A stretch of DNA of 55,270 nucleotides, filler included, from Bipalium vagum (taxonomy: Eukaryota), in NCBI GenBank assembly GCA_037834085.1. It is 3 parts of 3 records of this genome, joined end to end, with 100 filler letters (N's around TTAATTAATTAA, not from the genome) between each part and the next. Parts side by side here need not be neighbours in the genome. Positions count along the whole stretch, not along the records: positions 34,880 to 55,270 come from JBBMKC010251015.1; 2 more parts are not named here. One strand, written 5' to 3'. This document shows positions 49,900-55,270 of this stretch, one piece after another; positions within the stretch are counted from its first letter, which is position 1; each line of letters starts with the position of its first letter. The notes below the pieces were generated by a model. That model made no database searches and was not told where the DNA came from. It saw only the letters and a list, made by a program, of their open reading frames with translations. Both the position numbers and the translations under genes were made by a program.

Positions 49900-50500
49900 T
49901 TTAATGCCAAACTTTAACGAGAAACTTAAAAACTTCTGCTGTGATTAACTGATGTCAACTCGCCATTTGTCCACCAACAGAAAATATCAGCTTCTTTTTA
50001 TGACTTTTTGACGTTGGATAATATTTAGGAGGTTCATCAGTATCCAACAATTGTCGCACAGCATTCTTTTTTCGTCACAACTATGCAAAAATTGATCATT
50101 CATATTTCTTTAGCGTAGAGAAATGCATGCATCGAAACGTCTTGGCATATATCTCAGTTATTTCATTTGGAATCCATCGGACGATTTTCTTGACTTTATT
50201 TATTTTTCATATATTTTCTAAAATGGTTGGGATATAAGCATGAAATATTGCTGCTAATTCTGTTTTAGATTGGGACGTGTTGCTTTCCACTAAAGCTTTC
50301 AATTTGTCATTGTTGACTTCGCTTACATGTTTTTTCAAGTTAAAGTAATCAGATTTGAATTTTGCAAACCAATGACTGATGGTGATTCCATTAAGCCCAC
50401 TATCACCAAACACATCTTTCATGCTCATGATGGTTTGGATAGTGCTGGAACTTCAACGGAACTCATATTCCATGCCAATACGAATTTTTGATTTTTCCAT
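49900..50500 (-). mobile_element. mariner 5' half
   Basis: MEKSKIRIGMEYEF, VFGDSGLNGITISHWFAKFKS, RWIPNEI, SCDEK. Confidence 0.8.
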
Positions 50501-52183
50501 TACCTATAAACCATAAACTAAAAATTATATTTAATATAAAATAATGTCTTCTTTATTTTTTAAATTGTGTGGTCCTGACAAAATATTAAAACAATAATTA
50601 TTAATTTGCAATAAAAATTCGCAGAGATAATCAATTAAAATGTGACCAGATAAAATTATCCATTTCACATTTTACTACCTCATAGATCGGTCTGAACTAG
50701 TATGTCAGACAAGCAGTACAAATTGCAGCAATTTCTTTATTCAAAATTTAATAAATATTTAGTGAAAACCGAGTTTTACTTGAGTTCCGATTATCAAAAG
50801 TAAATATGAAATTTTCAAATTTGGATTTGACAGTACTTTCTTTTGTAAGGCATGAAAGAGGTTTGTTGATGAGATTCATTTTCGGTTAAAATGAAAAACA
50901 AAAATCTTTTAATTATAAGTAAAATTGAACAAATGAGATCAAAGCAAACCTGATCAAGTGCAATATATTAACAATAAAAGGGAATCATGACAGTTTGCTT
51001 TTCTCATTCTAAATTGTTTCACAGAAAAATATAGGCAAATTAAAGACAATTTCATGCAAGTGCTCCTTTGAAAGGGAAAATAATTTTTAACAGAAATTTG
51101 GTATAAATGTCAAAATAGTTTAACGAATATTTGATGATGTCCAGATTTTAAATGAAGAAGATCGGATCCAGAAATATATCTCAGCATATTTAGACAAACA
51201 ATAAAGTATAATGATGATTATAATAATAATTATTATTTATTATAATTATTATTAATATTTATTAGTAGAAAAATAATATAAAATATTAAGGATTGTGAGA
51301 ATAAATAAAATATAACGTTTTCGTTATTCATATTTTGTTTGTAAAACCATGTTTTCTTTATTTAAAAGATTATCCAGATCAACCCTAATCATAATGTGAC
51401 TTTACAATAATGAGTCTATATGGAGCACCAGTGCTACAGAAGCCGTTTGAGAATTACGTACTGATCGAAGAAAATCAAATCTACCTTGAGTAGAGATTAA
51501 GAAGTCTCCAGCAGCTTTAACTCATCAAACTTCATCACTGACAAATCCTTGCAGAAGCTGTGAGGTAAACGAGGACTTTTCCTTAATCTTGCTAATAGAT
51601 TCTGATGCGTATCATAGTCAAATGATTTTCTTCATAATACCAGGGGGAGCGTGATAATTGGTTAAAACTTCTGTTCTAAATAGGAAGCCAAGGGGTGACA
51701 GAAGTATAATGATTGAAATAGCATAAATAAATGAAATTCTTTCGCCCATTTTCTAACACATCTTCCACACAGTTCAGCTGAATTCAGCCCTTCGCTGATG
51801 GATATGAAAATTGCCTTGGGAAAATTGAATGTTTTTTCATTCACTTAAAATTGTTTCATGTACTCTGGAAACATTTCAAAATATAATAAATAATCATTTT
51901 TATTTTATTTCAGTCAATAATTTTGCACCGTTAAAACCATTTCTTTGCCATAACGGATTTCAATACGCAACATTGATTATTCTCAAAATAATTGATTGAA
52001 AATAAAATTGTTTAAATAAATCACTCATATTACTTATTAGATTTGTTTATGTAGCTTTTTTTTTATTAAAGAGGAGTACTTGGTTATGGTGAATATAATA
52101 AATAATTCTAATTTCCTTGTCTAAAAATTATCTTAATAACAATAATAAATTAATTAATTAAGGAACGATCAATTAAGTAAATA

Positions 52184-53462
52184 TTAAGTGTAGGCATAAG
52201 TTTTAGTCCATTTTATTTTTTAAAAAATAAATGTTATTCAAAAAGGTAATATACTTATTTTTATATGACAGGGATTCAAAAAATCAGTCATCAGCATAAT
52301 ATCCATTATTGGAAATCACTTTTTGCCATCTGTCAGGTAATTGCCGAATCCCGGAATGATAGAAAGATATTGGTTTAGACGCAAGATAATTCCTGAAAAA
52401 ATCTCTTATCTGGTCAACATTTTTGAAATGATATCCGGATAATTCATGTTGCATTGAGCGAAACAAATGAAAATCTGTAGGAACAAGGTCTGGAGAATAA
52501 GCAACGTGAGGTACAACTTTCCAGCGCAGCTTTAAAATTGTTTCCTGAATATGTTTCGCTACATGCGGTCTGGTATTGTCATGTAGCAGGACAATCTTAC
52601 GCGACCCATTCCCGAAATAAAGTCTTTTTTTCTCGATTTGTTTAGCTATAACGTTCCGCATTAATGGTTTCACCAGCTTGGGGGAGGTCATAATGAATGG
52701 GTCCTTCCATATCCCACCAGATGCAAAGAATCACTTTTTTATTGCGAATATTTGTTTTGACAACTGAAGTAGCTGACTTTCCAGGATCCACTCACGAATG
52801 TTTGCGTTTTGGATTATTGTAATTAATTCATTTTTCATCTCCAGTGATGATTTTCCATAAAAAGTCTTTTTTTATTAGTCTAGCAATAAGGGATGCGCAT
52901 GTTGATAATCGGCATAAAATATTACTTTCGGAAAGTTCGTGCGAAATTCATTTTCCAGCCTTCTTATATTTTCCCATGTCTTGTAACCGTCTTCCAACAG
53001 TTCTATGATCAACTGAAGGTTGTCTAGCGAGTCCTGCTTTCGTCTGGGCTGTATTTTCATTCAGCAGGTCTTCCAATTTGACTGATTCCAATATCTGTGG
53101 AGCACCACTACGTGGTCGATTGGTAACATCAAAATTTTCGTCTTTGAATCGACGATACCAATATTTAGATGTACTGTGGAAAAGGGCATTATTACCAAGA
53201 ACGGAACATATTGGTTTAAATTCCTGGGATGCATTTTTGCCTTGATCAAATTCATATTTTATGTAATACCGATCGTAAAATTTTCATCACTAATTTTAAA
53301 GACTGATATTTTGGTTTTTAAAAAATAACTTATGTATAAAATTAATATATTTTAAATTTAATATATTGATTACCGATGTAAAATTTCGAGGCAGTTATTT
53401 GATAATATTTAGATTAGTAAAACAACAATGAAAAATGGGTTAAAACTTATGCCTATACCTAA
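52184..53462 (-). mobile_element. Full-length defective mariner (DD34D), 1279 bp
   Basis: 31-bp TIRs with 4 mismatches, TA duplication; [50 protein letters not shown]; frameshifted. Confidence 0.93.
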
Positions 53463-53539
53463 TAATTAAAAAAAAAGTTAGGGTTAAATATAAAACACTT
53501 TAAATTTAATTTATATTTTCTTTATCAATATCACTTTTC

Positions 53540-54010
53540 AGAGAGTTGAAAAACACACCGATTGATGCAATATCAGTGTCTTATATTTTCCCGTCGAAAA
53601 ATACCAATATACTTATCTAATTTTTGTCTATTTCTATAAGAATTAGATCTTTGGAAATTTTTCAACTTCATCCATAAATTTTCAATTAACTTTGTATTGG
53701 CATCTGTTTGAGGATCTGCAATGTTTTCTGAATGATTAACAGTTCTAGTATGCTCGCAATCCATCAGTCAAAAATAAAGTATCATTTTGAAAATGATGGA
53801 TAAGAGCTTGTTGATTCAATATTTTTTGAAAAATTTAATTACCGCATCTTTTGATATAGTATCTATCATTCCTACGTCCCATTTCTCGGAATTCACCCGT
53901 CATCTATTGTATTTTCGTTTATTTATCACTGTTTCGTCAATGTTTCGTCAATATGACTAGATTCACGTAAAGTGATATTTAGTCTATCCATATGCTTCAT
54001 AATGAAAGTT
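53540..54010 (-). mobile_element. Merlin (IS1016/ISXO2-like) transposase remnant
   Basis: IDETVINKRKYNR, KWDVGMID, RTVNHSENIADPQTDANTKLIENLW; 11-bp tandem duplication at the DET codons. Confidence 0.8.
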
Positions 54011-55197
54011 CATAATAGTGAATTGAACATTTCAAATTTATATAAAGATTTACTATTTAAACAAACTTTATATAAATACAAATTTATAAAAAGTGTCTTA
54101 TATTTAACCTTAGAATATTAGTCCAATAATAATAAATCTTGATTATAATATTCCATGATCAGAGTATATGTCTCAATGAGATGAGCAGTATTTTTATACA
54201 ATAAAAAACAGAATAAAGGATAAAACTAAAACAAAATAATCGACATACATAATCCGTGTATTCATTTATTTAAGAATAAATTAATTATGAAAAATATGTG
54301 GAAATTCCTAAGGAAATATTGTTAACATTGATCCATTTTTTTGTGCCCTTCTCATTAGTCTCACTGTTTATTAAAATCTATTGTGTTTTCTATCCATTGT
54401 CTGTTTCCAGTTGACTTCATTATTAAGGATTCATTGAAGTTTGTTTACTTATTATGTAAATATAAATTTGAAAACTCCCAATAAACTTGGTAATAATAAT
54501 AAAAAATAATATAAAAAACTTTCCACTATTTTTTGGCTTTTCAATAGTAATTATGAGGTAAAATAAAATTAAAAATTATAATAATAATTATTATTATTAT
54601 AACTATTTATTACATGTATATTATAATTATTTATAATTATTACACAAAAATAAAAAATAATAAAATAAATAATCTATGAGTGATATTATTACTTAAAACT
54701 ATTTATCGAGAAACCAAGACAAATCGAAATTCATGGCCAGACAATGCTGCACTGTTGTAATATGGAATATCATCTTGTTGAACAGCTTATCACTAGCTAC
54801 CGGGATGGTCGACCTCTTTACCTTCTATTTTAGGATTTTAAGAAATATTTTCGTCTTTACATTCCTATACTTCAAGAAAAAAAATGCATCATATAAGTTT
54901 CATAAGAAACTATTATTAATTTGTGCATAAAAGGATCATTACCTTTTCCGATATTTCACTGGCACATTGTCAGCATTTCTGACAATTGACCTTTTGGTCC
55001 AAGTAGAAAAGATGCTGATTTACCTAACCAACTGGAAAGTGAGATGGACCGAAAGTTTCTAGTTTTCTAGTTTACTGCAAAGCAACAAGTGTACCTTAGC
55101 TTACCCATCTTGTCTAACCATGGTAGATTGCTCTGCTGATAATGATATCATTTTTAACACTCATTAAATGTAAAAATAAAAGAATGAAATAAAATTT

Positions 55198-55198
<1 letters not shown>

Positions 55199-55270
<72 letters not shown>
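55199..55270. repeat. (TAA)n microsatellite at window end
   Basis: Directly visible. Confidence 0.95.

Overview
Very AT-rich animal-type genomic scaffold made of several blocks, separated by two N gaps and two artificial 100-bp linkers (44N-TTAATTAATTAA-44N). The only host gene I can support is the 3' half of a highly divergent L-type (Cav1-like) voltage-gated calcium channel alpha-1 subunit on the minus strand. It has 17 GT-AG exons between 33815 and 19428 that splice into an uninterrupted ~703-aa frame running from IIIS4 through repeat IV, the EF-hand, pre-IQ and IQ to a short tail. Its most striking property is that both visible selectivity-filter glutamates are gone (repeat [10 protein letters not shown] for canonical STFEGWP; repeat IV ATGGKW for ATGEAW). 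Lysines have appeared next to the filter and in IIIS6, while the S4 voltage sensors and the calmodulin IQ site are kept. This makes it a candidate non-calcium-selective or non-conducting, voltage-sensor-type Cav1 paralogue. Repeats I-II are not in the window. The rest is a graveyard of decayed transposons (mariner DD34D, Tc1 DD34E, maT DD37D, pogo/Tigger, Merlin, hAT, piggyBac-like, LINE scraps), MITEs, nested insertions and (TAA)n microsatellites. No rRNA, tRNA or CRISPR array was seen. All family assignments come from motif recognition by eye, not database searches.
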